A stretch of DNA of 33,406 nucleotides from assembly GCA_014379075.1 (NCBI GenBank), contig JACMMN010000138.1, positions 1-33,406 of the forward strand, given 5' to 3'. The position numbers and the translations under genes are program-made. Below are positions 8,991 to 19,250 of the stretch, piece after piece. Position 1 is the stretch's first letter, and each line of letters opens with the position of its first letter. The notes under the pieces were generated by a model that ran no database searches, had not been told where the DNA came from, and worked only from the letters and a program-made list of their open reading frames with translations. The DNA comes from Pyrinomonadaceae bacterium (GTDB lineage Bacteria; Acidobacteriota; Blastocatellia; Pyrinomonadales; Pyrinomonadaceae).

Positions 8991-10099
8991 TGGAACTATC
9001 CGATTTCGATTTGAAAATGACCCGGCGAGCGTTGGATCTGGCTGTTCTTGGTGTTGGCCTTGTGTCACCTAACCCGCTCGTCGGCTGTGTGATCGTGTCG
9101 GAATCAGGCGAGATCAGCGGCGAGGGAACTTACATTTATAACAAAGTAATCCACGCCGAGGCCGTTGCTTTGAGCCAGGCAGGCGCGAGAGCACGAGGCG
9201 GCACCGCGTACGTTTCGCTTGAGCCTCATTCGCATCAGGGCAAAACTCAGCCTTGTACGGAGGCGTTGATAAATGCCGGGATAAAACGTGTTGTCTGCCC
9301 AATTGAAGACCCGAATCCGCTCGTGTCGGGTAAAGGTTTTGTGCAGTTGCGGGCGAACGGCATCGAAGTCGTAGTTGGCATTCTAGCGGTCGAAGCAGAA
9401 AAGCAGAATGAAAAATTCATCTGCTGGCACCGGAAAAAACGGCCGTTTGTTCATTTGAAGCTGGCAATGTCGCTCGACGGCCGGATTTCACTGAATAACA
9501 GCGTTTCGACTGCTCTTTCGAATGAACACGCCCTCAAACGCGTCCACGATCTGCGTCATGAACACGATGCGATACTTATCGGCGGCAATACGGCGTTTGT
9601 CGATAACCCGAGCCTGACCGACCGCAGCGGAAAACCGCGCCGCCGACCACTCGTCCGTGTCGTACTCGATAACCGTCTGAGAATTCCCGTCGATTCTCCG
9701 CTTGTTACAACTGCGAATGAGGTTCCGACATTGATCTTTACGAACAGCGGCGACTCCGAAAAGATCGCCCATCTCGGTGAAAAAAAAGTCGAGGTAGTTG
9801 AAATCGAAAACGGCGGCCGAAATCTCGAAAGCGTTTTGGCGGAACTTGCGGTCCGCCAAATCCAAAGCGTCCTGGTCGAAGGCGGAACCCAAGTCGCGGG
9901 AGCTTTCTGCGATGCAAAACTTGTCGATAAGATCACATTTATGGTTGCCCCGCTTGTCATCGGCGGCCGTGATGCCCCGCTAGCCATCGGCGGCGTTGGA
10001 GCATCTACTATGGACGAAGCTTTTCGCCTCCGGGATCTCGAACTCACCAAGTACGGCGATGATATCGAAGTTACTGCGTACGCGACAGGTCGAATCTAA
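8990..10099 (+). CDS. ribD: Bifunctional riboflavin biosynthesis protein RibD (pyrimidine deaminase / uracil reductase)
   Basis: 369 aa. The deaminase motif HAEAVAL is present, with EPHSHQGKTQPC where the family usually has EPCxHxGxTxPC, then DPNPLVSGKG. The C-terminal reductase half has KLAMSLDGRI and VLVEGG. The start overlaps the ftsY stop as TAATG. Confidence 0.92.
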   Translation: MELSDFDLKMTRRALDLAVLGVGLVSPNPLVGCVIVSESGEISGEGTYIYNKVIHAEAVALSQAGARARGGTAYVSLEPHSHQGKTQPCTEALINAGIKRVVCPIEDPNPLVSGKGFVQLRANGIEVVVGILAVEAEKQNEKFICWHRKKRPFVHLKLAMSLDGRISLNNSVSTALSNEHALKRVHDLRHEHDAILIGGNTAFVDNPSLTDRSGKPRRRPLVRVVLDNRLRIPVDSPLVTTANEVPTLIFTNSGDSEKIAHLGEKKVEVVEIENGGRNLESVLAELAVRQIQSVLVEGGTQVAGAFCDAKLVDKITFMVAPLVIGGRDAPLAIGGVGASTMDEAFRLRDLELTKYGDDIEVTAYATGRI

Positions 10100-10926
10100 T
10101 GGATAGCCCGTACAAAAGACAACCGTTCGCCAAAAAATCCTTCGGGCAGAATTTCCTTGTCGATGACGGAGTGATCGCCAAAATAGTCGCTGCCTTACGC
10201 CTCGTTGGCGGTGAGACAGTGATCGAGATCGGTTCCGGCCGTGGGGCGCTGACCGAAACCCTCATCCAGAAGGCTGGAAGAGTGATCGCCATCGAACTGG
10301 ACCGCGACCTTATACCTGTTCTGCACGCTAGATTCGGATTGTTTAAAAATTTTGAGCTTGTTGACACCGACGCTCTCAAGGCAAATTTTGAGGAAATTGC
10401 CGCAACGACCGACAAGGTCAAACTTGTTGCAAATTTGCCCTACAATATCTCAACCGCTATCCTCCAGCGTCTGAGCGATCAGCGTCATGTTTTTTCAGAG
10501 CTTATTTTGATGTTTCAACGCGAGGTGGTCGAACGCATAACGGCTCGTGCTGGTCATAAGGAACGGGGATTTTTATCAGTTCTGGTCGAGGCGAATTTCG
10601 ATTCGGAAAAGCTATTCGACGTTCCCGGCAAGGCATTCCGGCCAGTTCCCAAAGTTATGAGTTCTGTCGTCAGGCTGACACCGAAGGATTCGGAAATTGC
10701 GGATAAAGATCTTTTCCGCAAGATCGTCAGCAAGGGATTCCTGCAAAAACGCAAAACCATCTTCAATAATTTCAAGAGCGATTTTAGCGATGCAAAGGAT
10801 CTGCTTGAAATGAGCGGGATCGATCCGAACCGCCGTGCCGAAACTCTGACGCTGGATGAATGGATAAATCTCGTCGAGTCCGTTGCAAACGGCAACCTAA
10901 ATAGCGTCATAGAGTGTTATACTTGA
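10099..10926 (+). CDS. rsmA: 16S rRNA (adenine1518/1519-N6)-dimethyltransferase RsmA/KsgA
   Basis: 275 aa with KKSFGQNFLVD, EIGSGRGALT, ANLPYNIST. TAATG overlap with ribD. Confidence 0.95.
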   Translation: MDSPYKRQPFAKKSFGQNFLVDDGVIAKIVAALRLVGGETVIEIGSGRGALTETLIQKAGRVIAIELDRDLIPVLHARFGLFKNFELVDTDALKANFEEIAATTDKVKLVANLPYNISTAILQRLSDQRHVFSELILMFQREVVERITARAGHKERGFLSVLVEANFDSEKLFDVPGKAFRPVPKVMSSVVRLTPKDSEIADKDLFRKIVSKGFLQKRKTIFNNFKSDFSDAKDLLEMSGIDPNRRAETLTLDEWINLVESVANGNLNSVIECYT

Positions 10927-10966
10927 AATTTTAAAGGTTTAACACTAGCGAACAAGGTAAATACAA

Positions 10967-12628
10967 GTGAGTAAAATTGAAATAATCCCGCTCGGCGGAA
11001 TCGGCGAATTTGGAATGAACTGCATGGGCATCCGGTACGGCGACGAGATGATCGTTGTCGATGCGGGTATGGGGTTTCCGGAAGAAACTCCGTTTGGCGT
11101 TGATATTTCCATCCCAAATTTCGACTTTCTCGAAGAGTATCGTGACGACCTGACGGCGCTTATCCTGACTCACGGCCACGAAGATCACATCGGAGCACTC
11201 TCCTATATCCTTAAGAAGTTTAATTTACCTGTTTACGGTTCACGTTTTACTCTAGCTTTGGCGGAGAAGCGGCTCGAAGAAAACAGGATGTTGAACGATG
11301 TCCTGCTGCACCGCGTCGCGGCAAACGACATCATCACGGTCGGTAGTTTCAAGATCGAATTCATCCACGCTTCGCATTCACTCGTCGAATGCTTTTCGCT
11401 GGCCATTACAACACCGATCGGCACGATAATTCACACCGGCGATTATAAGATCGACGACACGCCCGTCATCGGAAAGCCTTATGATCTCCAAACGCTCGGT
11501 AAATATGGCGATGCGGGCGTGCTTGCTCTGCTGGGCGATTCGACGAACGCGACGGTTCCCGGCCGCACGCCGTCAGAACAAGCCGTGATACCTGCCTTTG
11601 AAGAGATTTTCGAGGAAACTCCCGGCCGCCTTTTTGTTGCGACTTTTTCATCCTCGCTTCATCGCCTTCAAATCGTTTTCGATGTTGCTCATAAATTCGG
11701 GAGAAAGGTATGCGTCCTCGGACGCTCGATGCAGAAAAATGTCGAGATCGCTGAAGAACAGGGTCTTCTGAAAATCTCACATGGAGCGATGGCCGCTCTC
11801 GGCGAAGCCCGAGCGCTTGACGATGACGAGATCGTTTATCTGGTCACCGGTTCGCAGGGCGAAACCAGGGCCGCTCTGATGAATCTGGCGACGGGAACTT
11901 ACAAAGGAATGGAGATCGAAAAGGGCGATACCGTTGTGCTTTCCGCCCGCATTATCCCGGGAAACGAAAAGAGCATCAGCCGCCTGATCGGAAACCTCTA
12001 CAAACGCGGCGCCAATATTATCGAGGAAAAGCGACGCCTCATTCACGTTTCCGGCCACGCCTCTCAGGAAGATATCAAGATAATGGTTGAAACAGCTCGG
12101 CCGAAATTCCTGGTGCCCATACATGGAGAATACCGGATGCTGTTCCGTCATAAGGAATACGTAAAGAACCACGTTCCCGGTTATTCGGACGAAAATATTA
12201 TTTTGATCGAGAACGGCGATATGCTCGAGATCGACGAAAACAGCGCTCGCGTTGTCGAGAAATTCGAAATGTACAAGACTTTTATAGACGAGGAATCGAG
12301 CGACGTGGTTGATTACGAGGTAGTTCGCGAACGCAAGAAACTTGCTTACGGCGGTGCTGTTTCATTGGTCGTGACGATGAGCAAGCAAACCGGCAAGATT
12401 TCAGGCGAACCGCAAATATCCTTCCAAGGTGTCGCCGGAATGAACCCGGTGAACGGTTTTGCCGGCGACGCCCGCGAGTCAGTCGTGGACGCGATCGCCT
12501 CCATGAAAAAGGAACACGTTGCCGACCGGACAATGTTCAAGGAAAATCTTAGAATTCACTTAAAGAGATTTATCCAGAAAGAGATCGGAACCAAACCGGT
12601 GATCGTAACGACGATCGTTGAGGTCTAA
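10967..12628 (+). CDS. rnj: Ribonuclease J (metallo-beta-lactamase / beta-CASP family)
   Basis: 553 aa from a GTG start. N-terminus KIEIIPLGGIGEFGMNCMGI, then HGHEDHIGAL, a GDYKID..P region, and HVSGHASQED. Confidence 0.92.
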   Translation: MSKIEIIPLGGIGEFGMNCMGIRYGDEMIVVDAGMGFPEETPFGVDISIPNFDFLEEYRDDLTALILTHGHEDHIGALSYILKKFNLPVYGSRFTLALAEKRLEENRMLNDVLLHRVAANDIITVGSFKIEFIHASHSLVECFSLAITTPIGTIIHTGDYKIDDTPVIGKPYDLQTLGKYGDAGVLALLGDSTNATVPGRTPSEQAVIPAFEEIFEETPGRLFVATFSSSLHRLQIVFDVAHKFGRKVCVLGRSMQKNVEIAEEQGLLKISHGAMAALGEARALDDDEIVYLVTGSQGETRAALMNLATGTYKGMEIEKGDTVVLSARIIPGNEKSISRLIGNLYKRGANIIEEKRRLIHVSGHASQEDIKIMVETARPKFLVPIHGEYRMLFRHKEYVKNHVPGYSDENIILIENGDMLEIDENSARVVEKFEMYKTFIDEESSDVVDYEVVRERKKLAYGGAVSLVVTMSKQTGKISGEPQISFQGVAGMNPVNGFAGDARESVVDAIASMKKEHVADRTMFKENLRIHLKRFIQKEIGTKPVIVTTIVEV

Positions 12629-13062
12629 TGAAAGCGGTTGATTTGCTGCGGGCTTCAAAAGTAGAGATTTCACCAGAAACATTTACGCTCGTTTCGCTCC
12701 GGCACGAGGATTGGCTGCGGCTTCTTGAAAATCCGGAATTGTCACCCAGAATGACAGCTCCATTTATGATCTTTCGGGACAAGTTCGAAGTTACGCTTCT
12801 GCTGGATGAAGTAGATTTCGGCACGATCAGGCATGCAGTCCGGGATGCGAAAATCGAAGGAGGATTTCGGCTTTTGACATTCGATACTGTGCTGGATTTT
12901 AATGTCGTCGGTTTTCTTGCAGAAGTCGCGAGGATTCTTGCCGAAGAAAATATTAGTATGGTCGCACTATCAGCATTTTCGCGTGATCACGTGCTGTTAA
13001 AGCAGAACGATCTGGCCCCGGCGTTAACGTCACTCGGCCCGTTTGTCGGGGAGTTATGCTGA
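12628..13062 (+). CDS. Small ACT-like domain protein (hypothetical)
   Basis: 144-aa ORF coupled to rnj by a TAATG overlap. The C-terminal part (DFNVVGFLAEVARILAEENISMVALSAFSRDHVLL) looks like an ACT-type ligand-binding fold. The assignment is tentative. Confidence 0.55.
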   Translation: MKAVDLLRASKVEISPETFTLVSLRHEDWLRLLENPELSPRMTAPFMIFRDKFEVTLLLDEVDFGTIRHAVRDAKIEGGFRLLTFDTVLDFNVVGFLAEVARILAEENISMVALSAFSRDHVLLKQNDLAPALTSLGPFVGELC

Positions 13063-13082
13063 CCAACGCCGCATTTCCGTGT

Positions 13083-13117
13083 GTTTCACTTCTTACTCGT
13101 TCACTGTGAGGTGAAAC
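13083..13117 (+). other. Hairpin after the ACT-domain gene (possible weak terminator or processing site)
   Basis: A 10-bp stem pairs gtttcacttc (13083-13092) with gaggtgaaac (13108-13117), including one G-U pair, around a 15-nt loop. No U-tract follows, so terminator function is uncertain. Confidence 0.3.
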
Positions 13118-13159
13118 GAAACAAAATTAGACCTGGTTCTAGTTCTCTCAGCTAACTAT

Positions 13160-13930
13160 ATGCTTTGGAAAGATAAAGTTGTTTTTCTTACCGGTGCATC
13201 CAGCGGTATCGGCGAGGGGCTCGCGATGGCGTTGGCGGAACGGGGAGCGGTCATCGGTCTTTTGGCTCGGCGCGAGAATTTGCTCAGAAAACTAGCAGGT
13301 AAATGCGAATCGGCCGGCGGAACGGTGAGTATTTACGCCGCCGACGTCACGGATGCAGAATCTGTTCAAAAGGCGGCAGAAAATCTCCGCGACGAGTTCG
13401 GACGCATTGATATTATGATCGCGAATGCGGGGATAGGCGGCAATAATCAGGAGACACGTGATTTGCAGCCGGAAGCGGTGAAGCACGTCATCGACATAAA
13501 TCTGTTGGGCGCTGCGAATTCAGTCGCCGCGGTGCTTCCGAACATGTTGGAACAGGGAAGCGGACACCTGGTGGCAATATCAAGCCTCGCCGGGTTTCGG
13601 GGACTGCCGAAATCCGCCGCGTATTCGGCAAGTAAGGCGGGAATGACGGCCTTTTTCGAAAGCGTGCGGCTCGATGTGCAGGAAAGGGGTGTCGCCGTTA
13701 CGATTATACAGCCGGGCTTTATCAAAACTCCATTGACATCGGGTCGTGAAAACAAAATGCCTTTCCTGATGGAACTAGAAGACGCAATTCCTCATTTCCT
13801 CAAAGCCATCGAAAGGAAAAAGAAGTTTTCCGCGTTTCCATGGCAATTAGCGACAATTGTCCGTGCGGGAAAAGTTTTCCCCGCATGGCTATACGACCGA
13901 ATTGCCGGACAGGCCAAATACCGCTCATGA
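13160..13930 (+). CDS. Short-chain dehydrogenase/reductase (SDR) family oxidoreductase
   Basis: 256 aa with TGASSGIGEG (Rossmann), NAGIG, and the catalytic YSASKAG. Confidence 0.9.
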   Translation: MLWKDKVVFLTGASSGIGEGLAMALAERGAVIGLLARRENLLRKLAGKCESAGGTVSIYAADVTDAESVQKAAENLRDEFGRIDIMIANAGIGGNNQETRDLQPEAVKHVIDINLLGAANSVAAVLPNMLEQGSGHLVAISSLAGFRGLPKSAAYSASKAGMTAFFESVRLDVQERGVAVTIIQPGFIKTPLTSGRENKMPFLMELEDAIPHFLKAIERKKKFSAFPWQLATIVRAGKVFPAWLYDRIAGQAKYRS

Positions 13931-13993
13931 TTCGTTTATGATTAATTTCATAACCTATATACTGACCTCATATTATTATTGTTCACTTCGTTT

Positions 13994-14887
13994 ATGAGTT
14001 TTCTAGAAGCAATTATCCTCGGAATAGTCCAGGGCCTCACGGAATTTATTCCTATCAGTTCGACCGCTCACCTGGTTTTCGCCAGTCGCTGGACGAATAT
14101 TTACAACGGTAATGCATCACAGATCACTGCTACGATGGCCGTGATCCAGCTCGGTACGCTGGCGGCGGTCTTCGTTTATTTTGCTTCTGATATCTGGGGT
14201 ATCGCATCGGCATTTATTCGCGATCATTTCGCATTGGTTACCGGGGGTAGCGGCCGGAAATTTCCGGGAACCGGCGGCATCAGGCCGATCTGGCTTTCCG
14301 AGGAAGCCTGGCTTGGCTGGCTGATAATTATCGGCTCTATTCCTATCGGCACTATCGGCCTTATATTCAAGGATTTTATCGAGGGCGAGGGCACCAAAAA
14401 TCTTTGGTTCATATCTATAATGCTGATAGCCATTGCTCTTTTGCTGGCGGTTGCAGAGTTTGTCGGAAGTCAACGCAAAAGCCTCGTTAACCTCGGAATA
14501 ACGGATGCGATCGTCGTCGGATTGGCCCAGGTGCTTGCTTTAATGCCCGGAGCAAGCCGGTCCGGTTCGACGATAATGGGTGGACTGTTTGCCGGTCAAA
14601 GCCGTGAAACCGCTGCGAGGTTTTCGTTTCTGCTTTCGATACCGGCGATCACCGCCAGCGGTCTGCTGGAATTGAAGGAGGCGTGGGAAATACTACCGCA
14701 AGAGAGCTTTATGCCATTATTCGTGGCAACCTTCGTGTCATGTGTCGTCGGATATCTCGCTATATGGTTTTTAATGGCCTTTCTGAAAAAAAGATCGACG
14801 GCAATTTTCATTATCTATCGTTTGATTCTGGGCACGGTGCTTTTGGTTCTGCTCTGGCAGGGAGTTATTAGTCCGACGATTAGCTAA
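13994..14887 (+). CDS. uppP: Undecaprenyl-diphosphate phosphatase UppP/BacA
   Basis: The ORF is open from TTG 13979. ATG 13994 gives MSFLEAIILGIVQGLTEFIPISSTAHL, the typical family N-terminus. PGASRSGSTI and FSFLLSIP motifs are also present. Confidence 0.92.
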   Translation: MSFLEAIILGIVQGLTEFIPISSTAHLVFASRWTNIYNGNASQITATMAVIQLGTLAAVFVYFASDIWGIASAFIRDHFALVTGGSGRKFPGTGGIRPIWLSEEAWLGWLIIIGSIPIGTIGLIFKDFIEGEGTKNLWFISIMLIAIALLLAVAEFVGSQRKSLVNLGITDAIVVGLAQVLALMPGASRSGSTIMGGLFAGQSRETAARFSFLLSIPAITASGLLELKEAWEILPQESFMPLFVATFVSCVVGYLAIWFLMAFLKKRSTAIFIIYRLILGTVLLVLLWQGVISPTIS

Positions 14888-14893
14888 ATTAGC

Positions 14894-16597
14894 ATGCCGC
14901 CAAAACGTTGGGTCATTACAAAGCACGACTTCGAATCGGTTAAGTTGCTTTCCGAGCAATTGTCGGTATCGCCGCTCGTCGCTGCTTTGCTTATTTCTCG
15001 TGGGCACCGAACGAAAGAGAAAGCTGAAAAATTCTTAAATCCTAACTACGCCGACCTGCACGAACCATTTCTCCTAAAAGGAATGGAAGAAGCAGTCGAG
15101 CGTGTTCTGCGCGCGATCGACAATAGAGAAAAGATACTAATTTGGGGCGATTACGATGTCGACGGAACGACGGGCACGGTGCTTTTGCGCCAGACGCTGA
15201 AAATTCTCGGAGCGGAAACCGGATTTCACGTGCCGAATCGCTTTACGGAAGGGTACGGGATAAATATTCCTGCCTTGGAAGACGCAAAAGCTAACGGTTT
15301 TACACTCGCTATTTCCGTAGATTGCGGCATCCGAAGTTTCGAACCGCTTGAGTGGGCTAGAACGAACGGCCTGGATTTTATCGTAACGGATCATCATTTG
15401 TCGGATGAGACAAAAGGAAACCCGCCCGCGGTCGCTGTCGTCAATCCGAATCAGTCCGACTGCGATTATCCGGATAAAAATCTAGCCGGTGTCGGCGTTG
15501 CGTTCAAGCTTGCACATGCTTTACTCCGTGAGCGGGGAAAGGAAAATTTGCTCAAGGATTTTTTGAAGATCGCTGCCATTGGAACGGTTGCTGATGTGAT
15601 GCAGCTTACAGGCGAAAACCGGACCATTGTTTCACTAGGCCTCAAGGATCTGCCGACAACGACCAATTTGGGTTTAAAGGCCCTGATGGAAGTGTCCGAC
15701 TGCCGGTCGGACATGACCAGCTATCACATCGGTTTTCGCATCGCCCCGCGTATAAATGCGGCGGGACGAATGGATGTCGCGAAACACGTGGTCGAATTAT
15801 TCGAGACCGAAGATTTCAATGAGGCCCGCAAACTTGCCGGAATTCTGGACAGCCGGAATCGTGAAAGGCAGCAGGTGCAGCAGCAGATCACGGAACTGGC
15901 GTTGCTCGAAACAAAAGATATCAGAAATCAAAAGTTCGTTGTCGTTGCAGGTGAAAATTGGCATCGCGGAGTTATAGGGCTGGCCGCTTCACGGATCGCC
16001 GAAAAGCTTTATCGCCCGACAATCGTTCTATCGATAGAAAACGGCTTCGGACACGGCAGTGGCAGAAGTATCGCAGATTTTCATCTATTGAATGCACTTG
16101 AAAGTTGTTCGGAACTGTTTGAGCAGTTTGGAGGACATGCGGCAGCGGCTGGTATGAAGATCGAAACAAACAAGATCGATTTGCTGAGAAAGGCTTTAAA
16201 TCTTCATGCAGAACGGACATTGCCGGTAGGCGAATTGACCGCAGTATTAAAGATAGATGCCGTAGTAACCTCGCAAACCCTTGGATTAAATCTCGTAAAA
16301 GAACTTCGGAGTTTCGAACCTTTTGGTGCCGGAAATCCCAAGCCGGTTTTTGTAACCAAAGGATTGATTATAAAGGATGAGCCGCTTGTAATGAAGGAAA
16401 AGCATTTGAAACTCCGGCTTCGCGACGAGAGCGGAAAACAATTCGAAGCGGTTTGGTGGGACGGTGTGGAAAAATCAATAGGGCGAACGCTGTCACCTGA
16501 ATCCCGCATCGAACTTGCTTACACGGCTGAGGCTAATTCATGGCAGGGGAATACCCGCCTACAACTTGTGGTCGAGGATTTAAGAGCGGATAATTGA
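14894..16597 (+). CDS. recJ: Single-stranded-DNA-specific exonuclease RecJ
   Basis: 567 aa with DHH family motifs DYDVDGTT, VDCG, TDHH and a GGHAAAAG (DHHA1) region. Confidence 0.95.
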   Translation: MPPKRWVITKHDFESVKLLSEQLSVSPLVAALLISRGHRTKEKAEKFLNPNYADLHEPFLLKGMEEAVERVLRAIDNREKILIWGDYDVDGTTGTVLLRQTLKILGAETGFHVPNRFTEGYGINIPALEDAKANGFTLAISVDCGIRSFEPLEWARTNGLDFIVTDHHLSDETKGNPPAVAVVNPNQSDCDYPDKNLAGVGVAFKLAHALLRERGKENLLKDFLKIAAIGTVADVMQLTGENRTIVSLGLKDLPTTTNLGLKALMEVSDCRSDMTSYHIGFRIAPRINAAGRMDVAKHVVELFETEDFNEARKLAGILDSRNRERQQVQQQITELALLETKDIRNQKFVVVAGENWHRGVIGLAASRIAEKLYRPTIVLSIENGFGHGSGRSIADFHLLNALESCSELFEQFGGHAAAAGMKIETNKIDLLRKALNLHAERTLPVGELTAVLKIDAVVTSQTLGLNLVKELRSFEPFGAGNPKPVFVTKGLIIKDEPLVMKEKHLKLRLRDESGKQFEAVWWDGVEKSIGRTLSPESRIELAYTAEANSWQGNTRLQLVVEDLRADN

Positions 16598-16601
16598 CTC
16601 A

Positions 16602-19250
16602 GTGACTGAGAATAACAAAGTACATAACATCAATAGTTTAAAGTTTCGAGCGGGGATGCCTAAGTATGTTCGCTTCGTGGCGTTGGGTGTAGTCGCCCTT
16701 ACAATACTTATTGTCGGCGTCGGTTTTTATCGCGCCCGAAGCGACGGTGAATTCAGGATGAAAGGGTTTCCGACATCGCTTTCTCAGGATGTTGTGGCTT
16801 CGATCCACGGATATGAGCGTCGGGAGATGAACGGGGATGTTGTAAAATATTATATCAAGGCCGTGAAGGCCACGACTTTTGCCGATAATCATCAGGAACT
16901 TGAGCAAGTTTACCTTCAGGTTTTCGATGACTCGGGGCAGAGCTCGGACCAGATCACTGCACAGAAGGCGGTTTACATTCCGAACGAAAATAAGAATTTC
17001 ACCGCATACTTCGCGGGGGAAGTAAATATAGCCACTCGCGACGCTCTAAAGGTCAAAACCGCACAAATAACTTACAAAAAAGAAGATGAAACTGCCTTTG
17101 CTGAAGAAAGCATAGAATTTGAAAGAGAGAACGTTCGCGGCAAATCCTTCGGAGCGTTGGTGAAAGTGAGGGAAAAGAGCCTTGAATTGCTTCGGGATGT
17201 CGAGATCGATACTTTCGAATCGGCCGAACTCGCCGCATCGAATGTCAGTCAAGCCAAATTGAATGCTGGGCATGCGATCTATGACCAGTTGAACGAAAAG
17301 ATCGAACTTCATTCGGGTTTCACTGCAAAGATCACTGGCCGAAACAAGTCTAATAATGGCCCACAGACTGCTGATGTGCGATCTGAAAAGGCAAACGTTT
17401 TTCTTGTTGAAAGGACCGAAGGCAATCGTGAAGTAACCAAGTTGGAGTTATTCGATAATGTGCAGATCGACAGTAGAGAGGCGGACGGCAAACCCACGAA
17501 GATCACGTCAGGTTATGCGTTGTATAATAAGGATATCGATCGATTCGATCTGCGGAATGCCGTTCACATAATCACGGTCGAAGATGAAAAGCCGACCGAC
17601 ATTCGTGCCGATGTAGCGATCTATCAGCAAACAAACGGTAAAGTCTTTCTCGAAGGAAACGCTCAGATAACACAAGGCAATGATCTTGTGAAAGGCGACA
17701 ATATTACTGCTCACCTTAACACTTCTAAAAAGCTGAAAAGTACTGAGGTAAAAGGGAATGCGTATTTGAAACAGTCTTCATTGCAACGGTCAGCCGAAGT
17801 TTCCGGCGACGAACTAAATGCTGCCTTTAATGATAACCAGCAGCTCCTGTTCGCAAATACGCTTGGAAAGAGCACCGCTGTTTTAACGCCTTCAGCTCAC
17901 TCCGCCGATTATTCCAAGGTGAGCATGTCGGCCCCCAACTCCATTAAGGTCACGTTTAAGGGCGAAGGCCTTTTAGATGCCATGCAGACCGACGGCCGAA
18001 CGACGATTCAACTTGATGTTCCCGGCAATACTCCGGATGCGGCGAATAAACGGATAACCGCCGATACGGTAAAAACTGTTTTTAACGCAAGTGGAAAAGA
18101 TCTCGCAACGGCTGAAGCCGTAGGTAACGCTGAACTTTTCGTCGAACCGCTTAAAGCGGCTCCCCAGAATTATAGGACAACGATAAATGCACCACGTTTC
18201 GATTGCGAGTTTTTCCCGATTGGGAATAATGCCAAAAATTGCATTGCCCAAAGGAAGACTAAGACAGTTCGGGTTCCGACCGTAAAGGCTGAAGACCGCG
18301 GCATCCAGACAATTACCGCCGACAAACTAAATGCCGCTTTCAGCCCGCTAACTAAGGATATTGAGAGCCTTGATGCGTCAGGAAACACGAAATTTATCGA
18401 ACTCGACCGCAATGCAATTTCGAATCAAATCTCGTTTACTCAATCGGATGAAATCGTGAGGCTCCGCGGAGGAGAACCGACGGTTTGGGATTCGAAGGCG
18501 AGGGCGAAGGCTCGGGAGATCGACTGGGATACAAAAAATCAAACGTCCTTACTGCGGGTTGGCGTCAGCACGACATATTACAGTCAGAACAAAACGGGCG
18601 GAGCTACACCCTTCGCTGAATCCGATAAACCGGTGTATATCACTTCCGAATCGGCGGAATTTGATCACAAAGCCGAGACCGCAGTCTATTCTGGAAATGC
18701 CCGGGCCTGGCAGGAAGATAATTATGTTCGAGGTGACCGGCTGCAGATCCTACAAAAACAGGCAGAGTTTCACGCAGATGGAAACGTCCAGAGCCTGTTG
18801 TATAATACAAAACGAAAAGGCGACGGCAAGGAAAGCAATGTACCTATTTATGCTGCATCAAGGAAAATGGCATATAATCGGGAAAAGCGGATACTTCGGT
18901 ACGAAAATGAAGTAGACATCCGGCAGGGTAGCGATCGAATTACCGGTGGTGTCGCAAACGTTTTCTTATCTGAGAAAAATGAGATTGAACGGACCGACAT
19001 TGAAAATAATGTGGTTATCACGCAACCCAAGCGGCGGGCAAATGCTGATTTCGCGCAATATACGATTGCTGACGAAAGAGTGGTCCTTCGTGGCAACCCG
19101 GCACGCGTCGATGATGCTGAAAGCGGATCGTCGCAGGGCGGAGAACTGACCGTATTCCTGAAGCAGAACAGGGTTGTTGGCGTCGGAAAATCCAAGCAGA
19201 ATAGTTCCGGCAGAACGAGATCCGTTTACAAAGTGAAGAATGACCAGTAA
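16602..19250 (+). CDS. Membrane-anchored LptC/LptA (OstA)-like lipopolysaccharide transport protein, unusually long (882 aa)
   Basis: GTG start, with an alternative ATG at MPKYVRF. There is a single N-terminal TM ([19 protein letters not shown]). Recurrent LptA/OstA-type strand motifs follow, e.g. [101 protein letters not shown]. It sits directly upstream of lptB and overlaps it by 11 nt. Confidence 0.8.
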   Translation: MTENNKVHNINSLKFRAGMPKYVRFVALGVVALTILIVGVGFYRARSDGEFRMKGFPTSLSQDVVASIHGYERREMNGDVVKYYIKAVKATTFADNHQELEQVYLQVFDDSGQSSDQITAQKAVYIPNENKNFTAYFAGEVNIATRDALKVKTAQITYKKEDETAFAEESIEFERENVRGKSFGALVKVREKSLELLRDVEIDTFESAELAASNVSQAKLNAGHAIYDQLNEKIELHSGFTAKITGRNKSNNGPQTADVRSEKANVFLVERTEGNREVTKLELFDNVQIDSREADGKPTKITSGYALYNKDIDRFDLRNAVHIITVEDEKPTDIRADVAIYQQTNGKVFLEGNAQITQGNDLVKGDNITAHLNTSKKLKSTEVKGNAYLKQSSLQRSAEVSGDELNAAFNDNQQLLFANTLGKSTAVLTPSAHSADYSKVSMSAPNSIKVTFKGEGLLDAMQTDGRTTIQLDVPGNTPDAANKRITADTVKTVFNASGKDLATAEAVGNAELFVEPLKAAPQNYRTTINAPRFDCEFFPIGNNAKNCIAQRKTKTVRVPTVKAEDRGIQTITADKLNAAFSPLTKDIESLDASGNTKFIELDRNAISNQISFTQSDEIVRLRGGEPTVWDSKARAKAREIDWDTKNQTSLLRVGVSTTYYSQNKTGGATPFAESDKPVYITSESAEFDHKAETAVYSGNARAWQEDNYVRGDRLQILQKQAEFHADGNVQSLLYNTKRKGDGKESNVPIYAASRKMAYNREKRILRYENEVDIRQGSDRITGGVANVFLSEKNEIERTDIENNVVITQPKRRANADFAQYTIADERVVLRGNPARVDDAESGSSQGGELTVFLKQNRVVGVGKSKQNSSGRTRSVYKVKNDQ

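Noticed and set aside
14230-14320. An apparent loop insertion in UppP (VTGGSGRKFPGTGGIRPIWLSEE)
   Set aside because: E. coli UppP has a loop of comparable length and variable sequence at the same place, so this is not unusual.
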